Origin: a virus
IMG/VR virus record: IMGVR_UViG_3300009285_000883
Location: 7,639-71,638 of that record
Length of the DNA stretch: 64,000 nucleotides
Direction: 5' to 3' (one strand)
The stretch's first letter is position 1, and every line of letters starts with the position of its first letter. This document shows positions 18,084 to 26,593 of the stretch, in pieces. Made by a program: the position numbers and the translations under genes. A model generated the notes under the pieces. That model ran no database searches. It was not told where the DNA came from and saw only the letters and a list, made by a program, of their open reading frames with translations.

Positions 18084-18179
18084 CTACTTTTTGCCGCCCT
18101 TTTTCGGTTTCGGAGCGGCCTGTGCCTTCGGGGTTCCCTTGCTGGCCTTCGCGGGCTTCGAGCACTTCTTACCTGCCAT
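18084..18179 (-). CDS. 31-aa Lys/Ala/Pro-rich, histone H1-like peptide (not in the ORF track)
   Basis: MAGKKCSKPAKASKGTPKAQAAPKPKKGGKK; GGAGA RBS 8 nt upstream. Confidence 0.6.
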   Translation of the reverse strand: MAGKKCSKPAKASKGTPKAQAAPKPKKGGKK

Positions 18180-18203
18180 CGGATCGTTCTCCACACACGT
18201 GGT

Positions 18204-18443
18204 TTAGGACTCGTCTGGATCGGACACATTGTCCGACATACCGCAGGCGAGTCTCAACTCTCGCAGCGCGTGCTGCGTTTTCTCCAGTTCCAACGCAAGG
18301 GCAGTTTCAAGTGCGCTTGCGTTCTCACAAAACATCCGTCCTTCGTACACAGCGACGTGATTGATCGGTCCATCGAGCCTCACGAGATCGTAGCGTCTCT
18401 TGTGTAGCGTGATCGTCGCAAGTAATCGTCCTGCCGATTCCAT
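18204..18443 (-). CDS. Hypothetical protein
   Basis: Tightly packed ORF. Confidence 0.55.
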   Translation of the reverse strand: MESAGRLLATITLHKRRYDLVRLDGPINHVAVYEGRMFCENASALETALALELEKTQHALRELRLACGMSDNVSDPDES

Positions 18444-18445
18444 AG

Positions 18446-18766
18446 TCAGGCTGGTCCCACTTCAATGCGTGTCATCCTGCGGTTGTGCCATGAAGTGACT
18501 CGCGCCATCACCGGGAGTGATTCCACTTGCGAATGCGCCCAGGCTGCGCGCTTGATCCTCACCTCCGTGCTCCACTTCCTGCGGATCGCTTGAGCTTCCT
18601 TGCGAATCTGCTTCAGGCTCGGAATGTAGAGGGCATAGTCGATCGACCCGCAACTGGGGCACTCCGGTTCCGGTGTAGTCCAGTCGTATCCGCATTGGTC
18701 GCAGAATTTCTTCTGGAACACGGGTTCGGGTCCACTCGGATTCTCGCTCGATGATGACGATGACAC
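18446..18766 (-). CDS. Zinc-ribbon protein with a YIPS..QI...A..IR..W motif; start uncertain
   Basis: FCDQCG...ECPSCGS; overlaps the RusA ORF extension. Confidence 0.55.
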   Translation of the reverse strand: MSSSSSSENPSGPEPVFQKKFCDQCGYDWTTPEPECPSCGSIDYALYIPSLKQIRKEAQAIRRKWSTEVRIKRAAWAHSQVESLPVMARVTSWHNRRMTRIEVGPA

Positions 18767-19199
18767 ATTCAGGCTCCCCGAATACTTTATCCGCTTCGAG
18801 ACTCACGGTGCGCGAGTCGTCGCGATAGATCACGCCAGTCAACGCGTCCTCCACACCGCGAGCCAACTTGAGTACGTCAGGTTTCGGTGTCGGCTGAGTT
18901 GGCGCGTCGTCCCTGAGTAGATGCGCGTTCTTGCCAGTGCGGTAGTGTCCCTTCGGTCGCACACGCACAAACGTCATACGCACACGCAACGGTTCATCCA
19001 AGAGCGGTCCCGAATACGTTCGACGCGCGACCTCCTTGACTTCCTTCTTCCAGCCTGCCGATTTCTTATTGCTGTCCACAACAGGTACGACGAGCTTCCC
19101 TGTCGCCGTCGTCACGTACGAACCATCCTTGCTTCGAGCAGGCATCGCTGTCTTGCTTCCTGCTGGTTGCGCATGCCCGAGTACGATGAATTGAATCAA
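18462..19199 (-). CDS. rusA: RusA-like Holliday junction resolvase with a long C-terminal extension
   Basis: FIVLG.AQPAGSK, KPDVLKLARGVEDALTGVIYRDDS motif; TTG start after GGAGG. Confidence 0.8.
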   Translation of the reverse strand: MIQFIVLGHAQPAGSKTAMPARSKDGSYVTTATGKLVVPVVDSNKKSAGWKKEVKEVARRTYSGPLLDEPLRVRMTFVRVRPKGHYRTGKNAHLLRDDAPTQPTPKPDVLKLARGVEDALTGVIYRDDSRTVSLEADKVFGEPECVIVIIERESEWTRTRVPEEILRPMRIRLDYTGTGVPQLRVDRLCPLHSEPEADSQGSSSDPQEVEHGGEDQARSLGAFASGITPGDGASHFMAQPQDDTH

Positions 19200-19200
19200 C

Positions 19201-19710
19201 TCACACCTCCACGAGTGTCTCACAGTGACCGTTGAGAATGCGTTCGAGAATGACCGCACCCATGTGATTGTCCGAAGCGCGACACGTGTACGTGAGTGAT
19301 CCGCTTCCAACGTCCTCAGGAAGAAATCCCAACGCGAGCATGAGTCCTTCACACTCACGCGAACTACTCATCGGGTACGTGGTTGCATACTTCGCTTGCT
19401 GCGTTGACAAAACCGCATAGATCGCTAATCGCATGGAATCTGTGATATCCGCGCACAACTTGTCATTAACGACTGCAGCTTGCACAAGCAGATGCTTGTC
19501 CCACGAGAACGTGTCAGGCGCCTCCATGACCACGTATGCGAACACGCCGACGATCTCGCGCCGCTCGTTCAACGTGACGAGAATCTTGCCTCCGTGTCGA
19601 TTGAACGCGATCACACTGACTGAGGTGGTCAGCACTCCGCACTGATGCGACCGCATGTACTTGGAGACCGTTCGCAATTCAGTCAGCTTGGTGTAGCGAG
19701 TTTCGTACAT
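19201..19710 (-). CDS. Hypothetical protein, possible GNAT-like fold
   Basis: EIVGVFAY and LALGF patterns; weak. Confidence 0.5.
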   Translation of the reverse strand: MYETRYTKLTELRTVSKYMRSHQCGVLTTSVSVIAFNRHGGKILVTLNERREIVGVFAYVVMEAPDTFSWDKHLLVQAAVVNDKLCADITDSMRLAIYAVLSTQQAKYATTYPMSSSRECEGLMLALGFLPEDVGSGSLTYTCRASDNHMGAVILERILNGHCETLVEV

Positions 19711-19727
19711 GGCATTCCAGCCCCTTC

Positions 19728-21128
19728 CTATTCGAAACCGAGCGTTGGTTGAGACCCGTGGGTGTCGTCATCGCGGAACGTGGTATAGTCCCCCTCCCAA
19801 ATGACGGGGCATTCCCTCGTGGGGCCGTTTCTCTGCTTGGCGACGATGATCAAAGCCGACTTCGGATCTGGCATCTCACCAGACGCACCAGAATGCGTCA
19901 GGTAGTACGCATCGCGGTGGACGAACAAAACCACGTCCGCGTCCTGTTCGATCGATCCTGACTCACGTAGGTGGCTTAAACGGGGCTTCCTGTCTGCCGT
20001 GCTGTCTGGTTGCCGGTTTAGCTGGGCCAAACAGACCACCGGAACCCCCAATTCGCGGGCCAGCGCCTTGAGGCCCGCCGAGATCTTCGCAACCTGCTCC
20101 TGGCGGGGGGTTTTCGAACTGCCATGCTCTGGCGTGACGATCTGCAGGTAGTCCACGACGATCAGCCCGAGGCCGTCGCGCCGCTTCATGCGACGAGCCA
20201 GCGCGCCGATCTCCGAAACGCCCCGCGTCGGCGCGTCGTCGATCCACAACGGCATCTGCGCAACCGCCGCCGCAATCTCCACCAGCTTCCGCCGTTCGTC
20301 GTTCGTGATCAGGCCGTTGCGAACCTTGTACGTGCTCACTTCGCCGACCGAGCACATGATCCGTTCGACGATCTCAGTGCGCGTCATTTCCAACGACACG
20401 ACCAGCACCGGAGTGACACGTGAAGCCACGTTCGTTGCTATATTCACGGCGAGTGAAGTTTTGCCCATGCTGGTCCTTCCAGCAACGATGATCAACTGAC
20501 CCGGCAACATGCCGCCGAGCGTTTCATCCAGCGACGTGAAACCCGTGAGCACTCCCGCCACGCGTCCTTCACGCTGTCGCGTCTCGATCGATGCGAGCGA
20601 CTCCATGACCACGTCACGAATCGACACGCACCGTTCTGCCGTGATGTTCGCGGCGCCCACCTCCATGACGATCGCTTCCGCTTTCGAGAGCAGTTGGTCC
20701 ACCTCCGCGTTCCCGTCATGTGCGAGGATCGCGATGTCCCTGCTTGCGTTGATGAGCTTCCTGCGCACCGACGCATCACGAACCAACTGCGCGTAGTAGA
20801 CCGCATTCGCGGCATTCGGTACAGCCTGCGTAATCTGCGTGAGCCGTGAGATTCCGCCGATCTCTTCGAGGTGCTTCTCCTTTCGCAGTCTCGACACGAG
20901 CAACGCAATGTCAATCCGCTTCCCTGCGACGTGCATCGCTCGCAACGTCTCGAACAAGATTCCATTCGCGTCATCGTAGAAGTCCTGCGACCGCACGTGT
21001 GACATGATGTCGTCAATCGCGTCCGGTTTGAGAATCACGCTTCCAAGTAGCGCGGTCTCAGCCTGCTGATCATTCGGCGGCATCATGCCGTCATGGTTGT
21101 CATCGTCCTGGGTCTTGGTCTTCGTCAC
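19728..21128 (-). CDS. dnaB: Replicative DNA helicase
   Basis: PP.D.QAE.ALLG N-terminus, Walker A AGRTSMGKT, VVDYLQ, AQLNR, LRESGSIEQDAD, KQRNGP. Confidence 0.95.
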   Translation of the reverse strand: MTKTKTQDDDNHDGMMPPNDQQAETALLGSVILKPDAIDDIMSHVRSQDFYDDANGILFETLRAMHVAGKRIDIALLVSRLRKEKHLEEIGGISRLTQITQAVPNAANAVYYAQLVRDASVRRKLINASRDIAILAHDGNAEVDQLLSKAEAIVMEVGAANITAERCVSIRDVVMESLASIETRQREGRVAGVLTGFTSLDETLGGMLPGQLIIVAGRTSMGKTSLAVNIATNVASRVTPVLVVSLEMTRTEIVERIMCSVGEVSTYKVRNGLITNDERRKLVEIAAAVAQMPLWIDDAPTRGVSEIGALARRMKRRDGLGLIVVDYLQIVTPEHGSSKTPRQEQVAKISAGLKALARELGVPVVCLAQLNRQPDSTADRKPRLSHLRESGSIEQDADVVLFVHRDAYYLTHSGASGEMPDPKSALIIVAKQRNGPTRECPVIWEGDYTTFRDDDTHGSQPTLGFE

Positions 21129-21129
21129 G

Positions 21130-21912
21130 TCACAGGTCTCCGTTCATGGGTGCGCGAGATAGCAACTCATCGAAGTTGCTAATCTCGTTTTTGAGAATCT
21201 TCACGAAGTAGCCCACAGCATTGCGTGGGCTGCGCTCAGCCGTGCGAACTCCATTCGCGGCGCTGAACGCGGATGCCTGAGAGATCAGGCCAGCCGAAAC
21301 ACACCAAGCGACCCGGCGCACGATGGCGTGGTCGCCCTTGGCTTTGATGATGCTCAGGAGGGATTGCTCCAGTCCGTGGACCTCCCCCCGCCTCTTAATC
21401 TGATCAGATAAATCCTGTTCCTGATCCTGTTCCTGTTCCTGATCCTGGATGAGGCATTCCTTTGCCAATGGTATTTCTGATACCTTTCCGAATGCTTTGC
21501 TAAAGGCATCCGCAAAGGAATTGCCTAAGGTATTCGCGAAAGACCTAAGTCTTTGCTCCACAAGGACTTTCGTCTCACATTCGGGAAGCATGTCCAAGCA
21601 CTTGACCCACGCCGTCATCTGGTTCGGGCAACTTGGCCGGTTGTACTTGAACCAATTCGTCAAAACGATGAGCCGTTTGTCGTCGTACTCGATGCACCCG
21701 ATTTTGCGCAGTTCGGAGAAGCACTTTTGAAGCTCCTTGAAAGGCATTGCCAATGCCTCTGCCAATACCATTGGCGATGCCTTGAGGCATCCTATCGCCG
21801 TGGTCTCAGGGCTGGTCAGGAGATACAGAAAAAGGAGACGACCGTTCCTGGATAATCCCAGGAACTTTTCGTCGTGCCAGATCCTGACATCAACAATTCT
21901 GAACCGAGACAT
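21130..21912 (-). CDS. Phage replication initiator (replisome organiser)
   Basis: IW.DEKF..LS..GRLLFLYLLT winged-helix N-terminus, NW.KYN, QDQEQEQ linker; upstream of dnaB. Confidence 0.8.
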   Translation of the reverse strand: MSRFRIVDVRIWHDEKFLGLSRNGRLLFLYLLTSPETTAIGCLKASPMVLAEALAMPFKELQKCFSELRKIGCIEYDDKRLIVLTNWFKYNRPSCPNQMTAWVKCLDMLPECETKVLVEQRLRSFANTLGNSFADAFSKAFGKVSEIPLAKECLIQDQEQEQDQEQDLSDQIKRRGEVHGLEQSLLSIIKAKGDHAIVRRVAWCVSAGLISQASAFSAANGVRTAERSPRNAVGYFVKILKNEISNFDELLSRAPMNGDL

Positions 21913-21967
21913 AGTTATAGTCCCACGTGTTACGCCGACATTGATTCGGCAATACATTCGTTGTTGA

Positions 21968-23497
21968 TTAACCGTTTTGCATGGCGTTCAGCTCGCGCCC
22001 GAGATTCTCATCACGTGTCGCTTCGGCAGTCAGAATGAACACGCCACGCTGTTTGGCATGCTCGTGAATGAACTTGCGGTTCCACACGTCCACGCCTTCC
22101 CACGCCTCCTGCGGAATGAACAGCAGACCACCCTGGCCGACGCGCTCAACACCGATCTCAATGGCGATAGCCCATTTTTCCGTGGCACTCAGCTCGTGAT
22201 ACGGGGCCCACGTGTCTTTGCTTTCCACGAAGCCATACACACGCTTTCCACCGGGCTCCGTGGCGATCTTGACCCACTTCGATTCGATCGCGTCCGACAG
22301 CACGTGATCGGTAGCAGAAGCGATATTACGGAGTTTTTCCGCCGTCTCGCGCCGCATCGCCGCCGAGTCCTCGAACGCCTTGACGGACGCTTGTTTCATG
22401 CGCGCATCCCGCACGCGCACGCCATCCTCCATTGCCGACTTGGCCGCATGAAACGCGACCTTCCACTCCTCGATCTGCTCGGGCGTCGGACACTCGTACT
22501 CCTCAGCTTCCGTAATCGCCTTGAGACAAGCAGTGCGGCGCGCCACGTGTGTTTCGACGTTGTTGGCGTTATCGCTCGCCAGCCTCAGCTCAGCGCCAGC
22601 AGTCGCGATCTCACGCTGGCACAGTGCGATCGACTGCTCCAGTTGACGAAGCTGCAACACTAATTCGTCGTGATGCTTAATCAGACCTGCGTGTTTTTCT
22701 TCCGAGTCCTTGAGCGCCTTTTTAGCGACCTTATTGTCGGTCGGCACGTTGCGCTCATCCCAGTTCTTCAGCTCACGCTTGGCCTCTTCCGCACGCTTGG
22801 CCTTGTCCGCTGCTGTGTCCACACGCTGGCAGCCTGTGGCGTAGTTCCGCTGAGCGGTGAAGTACGCATCGTTCAGCTTCTCCGCGTCGTGCTCCTTGGT
22901 CATGTCCACCAGGGCGAGCTGCTCACGCAAGGAGTCGGCTGCCACCTGATCGCGGTCGGCACCTCCCTCCCAAGTGCGAGCCTCAGCCTGATAGTCCCGA
23001 GCAATGCGGGTCGCCATCTCGACCAGATCCGAGCACTTGAGCGCCTCTTGCGACACGATCCGCTCGAAATCATCCTCATTGAACTCGGGGCGGGCCTCAA
23101 ACAGGGCACGGTCGGCCTCCACTCCGGTCAAGGAGATGAGCGCCTTAATCCGCCGCTTGTCGGCTGCCACCTCATCCTTGACGCCGGGGTCCACCAGGGA
23201 GGCGAGGTTCAGCTTGCCCTCCAGGTGGTCACACGCGAACTCACCAGCGGTTCTGGTCTGTTTCGGGTTCAGCGACACGTGCACTCCGAGCCCGTCGATA
23301 CGGCCCTTCTCCGTGCCATTACGGAGAGGTAATCCACCCTCTCCTGCTGCCACGCTAGCCAGCGACTTGATCAAGATGGACTTGCCGCATCCGTTCGGCG
23401 CCACGATGGTCGTCACTCCGGGCGACTCCAGCTTGAACGTGAAGTTCTCGATGGGGCCAAGGTTTTCGACCTCGATTTGCTGATGTTTTTCTTTCAC
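21968..23497 (-). CDS. Rad50/SMC-like ATPase with a long coiled coil
   Basis: IEVENLGPI, Walker A APNGCGKS, central coiled coil, degenerate ABC signature LSATE. Confidence 0.75.
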   Translation of the reverse strand: MKEKHQQIEVENLGPIENFTFKLESPGVTTIVAPNGCGKSILIKSLASVAAGEGGLPLRNGTEKGRIDGLGVHVSLNPKQTRTAGEFACDHLEGKLNLASLVDPGVKDEVAADKRRIKALISLTGVEADRALFEARPEFNEDDFERIVSQEALKCSDLVEMATRIARDYQAEARTWEGGADRDQVAADSLREQLALVDMTKEHDAEKLNDAYFTAQRNYATGCQRVDTAADKAKRAEEAKRELKNWDERNVPTDNKVAKKALKDSEEKHAGLIKHHDELVLQLRQLEQSIALCQREIATAGAELRLASDNANNVETHVARRTACLKAITEAEEYECPTPEQIEEWKVAFHAAKSAMEDGVRVRDARMKQASVKAFEDSAAMRRETAEKLRNIASATDHVLSDAIESKWVKIATEPGGKRVYGFVESKDTWAPYHELSATEKWAIAIEIGVERVGQGGLLFIPQEAWEGVDVWNRKFIHEHAKQRGVFILTAEATRDENLGRELNAMQNG

Positions 23498-23526
23498 TGC
23501 AATTCTCCTAAAAGTTGGGGTTGAAA

Positions 23527-24052
23527 ATGGACGCTCTATCGTTCTGTTTCAATCGCGAAGACTGGCTGCGCTCAAAGGTTATGATTCAGTCCAACAGCTT
23601 GGCTGCGCTCGTTCTTTATGGTTCAGTCTGAGAGAATGACTACGATCTGGCATTTTCGTTCCATCATTGAATCTGACTTCGTTCTTCTATTGAGGTTCAA
23701 TCCCACGGAATGGCTACGTTCATCACCGATGCTTCAGTCCCGTAAATTGGCTGCGATCCCAGAAGTTGTTTCTGTCCTTTGGTTTGTCTGCGATCGGTCA
23801 AGATGTTTCGATCAGGAGTTTTGGCTGCGATCCCAAGGCGTGGTTCTATCGCCCGAATAGGCTGCACTCTCTGGCAATGATTCAGTCCTGGACTTTGGAT
23901 ACATTCTCTCGACATGGTTCGATCAACCAATTTGGTTGCGCTCAAAGGGACTGGGTATCCGCAGGCTTGGCTGCGTTCAACATTGCTGGTTCGGTCTGCG
24001 GGCTTGGCTGCATTCGTCTTGTGTGTTTCTGTCGAGAAGCATGATTGCGCTC
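23527..24052 (-). ncRNA. TIGR-like dual-repeat, dual-spacer array 1 (14 units, 37-nt period)
   Basis: 11-nt repeats (+ strand ~TGGCTGCGCTC) at 23563, 23600, 23637, 23674, 23711, 23748, 23785, 23822, 23859, 23896, 23933, 23968, 24005 and 24042, alternating with ~TGNTTCNNTC repeats; 8-nt variable spacers; strand inferred from the flanking genes. Confidence 0.85.
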
Positions 24053-24296
24053 ACTGTGTTGTGCGAATCTTCTTCAGTGCCTGCTTCGCCTCACGTGCCA
24101 AATTCATCATCACTTCAGGGTCATACACAGATCCCTTCAGTGCGTTGTGCATGCGAAGCACAAACATGCGCAAATGTTGCAGGTCTTCCAAGGCTATGCG
24201 CAGTTCCTCGTTGACGATCGGCAACTCCTTAGCAAGATGGTCTCGCTCGTCGCGGAGATGCCGTATCCAAGCAGCGTCAACTTTTTGTGTGGCCAT
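24051..24296 (-). CDS. 81-aa coiled-coil protein embedded between array blocks
   Basis: ATG 24296 preceded by GGGAGCG; TGA overlaps the first repeat of array 1. Confidence 0.6.
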   Translation of the reverse strand: MATQKVDAAWIRHLRDERDHLAKELPIVNEELRIALEDLQHLRMFVLRMHNALKGSVYDPEVMMNLAREAKQALKKIRTTQ

Positions 24297-24297
24297 A

Positions 24298-24375
24298 AAA
24301 ATCGCTCCCAATGCGTGTTTCAATCATTGAACTTGGCTGCGCTCACGCTCTAAGATTCAATTCCTGAGCATGGCT
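24298..24375 (-). ncRNA. TIGR-like mini array (2 units)
   Basis: ATCGCTC-ccaatgcg-TGTTTCAATC-attgaact-TGGCTGCGCTC-acgctcta-AGATTCAATT-cctgagca-TGGCT. Confidence 0.8.
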
Positions 24376-24566
24376 TAATGACGTTGCAGATAAACGAACC
24401 AGTTCGGCGCAGGTGTCCCTCCCCAAACGGTTCCATCCTGACGCACTAAGAACACCGGTATGTCGCGCTTGCAAAACGGACAGATGCTGTTCTTTGGAGA
24501 CTCGGGCTTGCGGTCGCTCTTTTCAATGACACGACCAGTAAAGTGCCTGTAGTTGACACACATCAC
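24375..24566 (-). CDS. Small Cys/His protein directly downstream of the Nop-domain gene
   Basis: CVNYRHF...CPFC; GAGGAG RBS. Confidence 0.55.
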   Translation of the reverse strand: MMCVNYRHFTGRVIEKSDRKPESPKNSICPFCKRDIPVFLVRQDGTVWGGTPAPNWFVYLQRH

Positions 24567-25499
24567 TCACTCCTCCTCTTCGGCAAGAGCTTCCTCCTGC
24601 ACTTCATCACGCGACCTGCGTTTGACCTTCTCACCTTCCTTGAGGTCGCGCAACGACTTCCCCGTCATCGGCCAAGGCCAATTGGGAATCTCGATGAAGT
24701 GACGGTGATCTCCGGGGCAGTGCTCGAACACGTACGGAACTGGCGGGTCTTCACCAAAGAAGTCGTAGTACATCACGTGATGCAAGTGAGACAGGAAGAT
24801 CTTCACTGCAAAGCGGCGCGCACGTGCATGTAGATGGCCTGGAGGAAGCGTACCGTCCTTGTAGTGCTTGTAAGCAACTGTCGTCTTACCGACCTTCTCA
24901 GCACGCTCAGCGGCCAACGTCTTGAACTTCCCCTCACCGCTGGCAGCAATCTCCGCATCCTTGCGCTGACGATAGAGCTGCCCGTACACAGCCCCATCAC
25001 GGTTCTGCGTCTTGCAAAAACTTTCTCCGCATTTAAAAGCGCATAAACAGCGAAGGAAAGCATTCCACGGACGCGGCTTTCCCTTCTCCCAAACCATCGT
25101 CGGGTCCAACCCGGCGAACCTCCAGAAGTGTCCAGCCGTCTTGCACTTGCTCACATCCAAGTGAGAGAGAAGACCAGCAGAGATTACCGGGCCGATGCCA
25201 ACCTGAGACTGCATCCACTGCCCCACCGAATACTCGCTCGCAAACGCGCCAAGAGCACGCTTGATCGCGTTTTCCACACGCGTCATTTCGTCGTTGACCC
25301 ACATCAAAACGCGGCCCGGCTCACCTGCGCCAAGCGAGCGCAACTGGTTCGCAGTCGAAATCCTGTAGGCTTGGATACTGTAAAAGTTATCGACGAGATA
25401 ACGAGCCTGCGCGCGATCCATGAGCCTCGACGCGGCCATGAGATCCTTTGTGAGTTTACGTGCGATTTCGATAGGTGTGTCGTAATCACTTCTGTCCAT
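24567..25499 (-). CDS. IS110-related Nop-domain protein with no nuclease domain (TasA-like)
   Basis: Helical N-terminus (RYLVDNFYSIQAYRI..NQLR), GIGPVISAGLL, FWRFAGLDP, LY..RK, GHLHARARRFAVKIFLSHL; no DEDD RuvC domain and no catalytic SG motif; flanked by dual-spacer arrays. Confidence 0.85.
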   Translation of the reverse strand: MDRSDYDTPIEIARKLTKDLMAASRLMDRAQARYLVDNFYSIQAYRISTANQLRSLGAGEPGRVLMWVNDEMTRVENAIKRALGAFASEYSVGQWMQSQVGIGPVISAGLLSHLDVSKCKTAGHFWRFAGLDPTMVWEKGKPRPWNAFLRCLCAFKCGESFCKTQNRDGAVYGQLYRQRKDAEIAASGEGKFKTLAAERAEKVGKTTVAYKHYKDGTLPPGHLHARARRFAVKIFLSHLHHVMYYDFFGEDPPVPYVFEHCPGDHRHFIEIPNWPWPMTGKSLRDLKEGEKVKRRSRDEVQEEALAEEEE

Positions 25500-25532
25500 T
25501 TCAAGTCTCCTGAGGTTTGTCTACGAATCGTC

Positions 25533-25970
25533 TTAAAAGTTGTTGTCAATCGCGGCCTGAACTACTGACAGCGGAATGGAACGACGCACCAGTTCCGCAC
25601 ACTCGCGGCGTGCTGTGGCGCGCGCGGCAGCGGCATCGGCAGCGGCATAGGCATAGGCAGCGGCAGCGGCAGCGGCAGCGGCCTTGCGAACTTGTTCGAT
25701 AGTCGCCTCACCGCGCGTCCATGCTCGTGCCATCTCAATCGCCGCGCGTGGTCGATCCTCTCCCTCAGGCACGTACTTCAATGCCGTCTCGGCGCAGTCG
25801 CACGCTGCCAATACGACCAACTTGCGATCTACTCCGACGCGCGCCGCAAACCACAGCATCCAATCGCCGCGCTCGCATTGCGCGTAGGCTTCCTCCAGCG
25901 TCTTTCCATCACACCAATTCTGCGCGTCGCAACACGCATGCAACTTGGACAGTAACCTTGATAGGTCCAT
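25533..25970 (-). CDS. Imm5-like, Ala-rich phage protein
   Basis: CERGDWMLW, ACDCAE, DRPRAAIE.ARAW, poly-Ala tract. Confidence 0.75.
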   Translation of the reverse strand: MDLSRLLSKLHACCDAQNWCDGKTLEEAYAQCERGDWMLWFAARVGVDRKLVVLAACDCAETALKYVPEGEDRPRAAIEMARAWTRGEATIEQVRKAAAAAAAAAYAYAAADAAAARATARRECAELVRRSIPLSVVQAAIDNNF

Positions 25971-25990
25971 TTCAAATCTCCTAAGTTAGA

Positions 25991-26591
25991 AAAAACGCTC
26001 CACCAAACTGCTTCAATCATTCCACTTGGCTGCGATCTGCAATATAGATTCACTAGACACTTTTGGCTGCACTCGTCTCCTACGGTTCTGTCCCGAAATG
26101 TGATTTCGATCACACGGCATGATTCATTCGTAAGACTTGTCTGCACTCTCCCAAAATGCTTCTTTCAGTTCATATGATTACGTTCCGTGTTGTTGCTTCT
26201 GTCGAGGCAGATGGCTTCGTTCATCTACGCTGGTTCGTTCGCCTTCCACGGCTTCACTCGCTCCGCGTGATTCGATCTTCTGGTGAGGTTGCGTTCGTGG
26301 CGATTGATTCATTCGTTTTCCCTGGCTGCACTCCGTGACTGTGTTTCATTCATCGACGAAGATTGCGTTCCAACAGTATGATTCCGTCTTCGATCGCGAC
26401 TTCGATCCTATGGTTTGCTTCTATCAACAAGAATGGCTGCATTCTGGGTTTATGGTTCATTCCTAAATCTTGATTTCGCTCCGCATATCTGTTTCAATAG
26501 CGCGGCTTGGCTACGCTCATCGTCAATGCAAACTCGGTGGTCCTGGCTGCGCTCTGGAGGTTTGTTGCGATCCTGTTATGTGGCTAAGCTC
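25991..26591 (-). ncRNA. TIGR-like dual-repeat, dual-spacer array 2 (16 units, 37-nt period)
   Basis: 11-nt repeats every 37 nt from 26027 to 26508, then 26544 and 26581; 10-nt repeats between them; 8-nt spacers. Confidence 0.85.
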
Positions 26592-26593
26592 AG

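Noticed and set aside
23618-24044. ORF-track ORFs overlapping array 1 (and 26156-26597 over array 2)
   Set aside because: No RBS or protein motifs; the 37-nt periodicity is incompatible with a coding repeat.
24567-25499. Active IS110 transposase or insertion sequence
   Set aside because: No N-terminal DEDD RuvC domain and no catalytic serine after AGLxP; flanks are periodic arrays rather than IS ends.
25620-25685. GCGGCA hexamer tandem repeat as part of the array system
   Set aside because: In-frame poly-Ala tract typical of Imm5-like phage proteins.
23527-26591. CRISPR array
   Set aside because: Repeats are 10-11 nt, alternate between two types and are degenerate; spacers are 8 nt; no cas genes seen.
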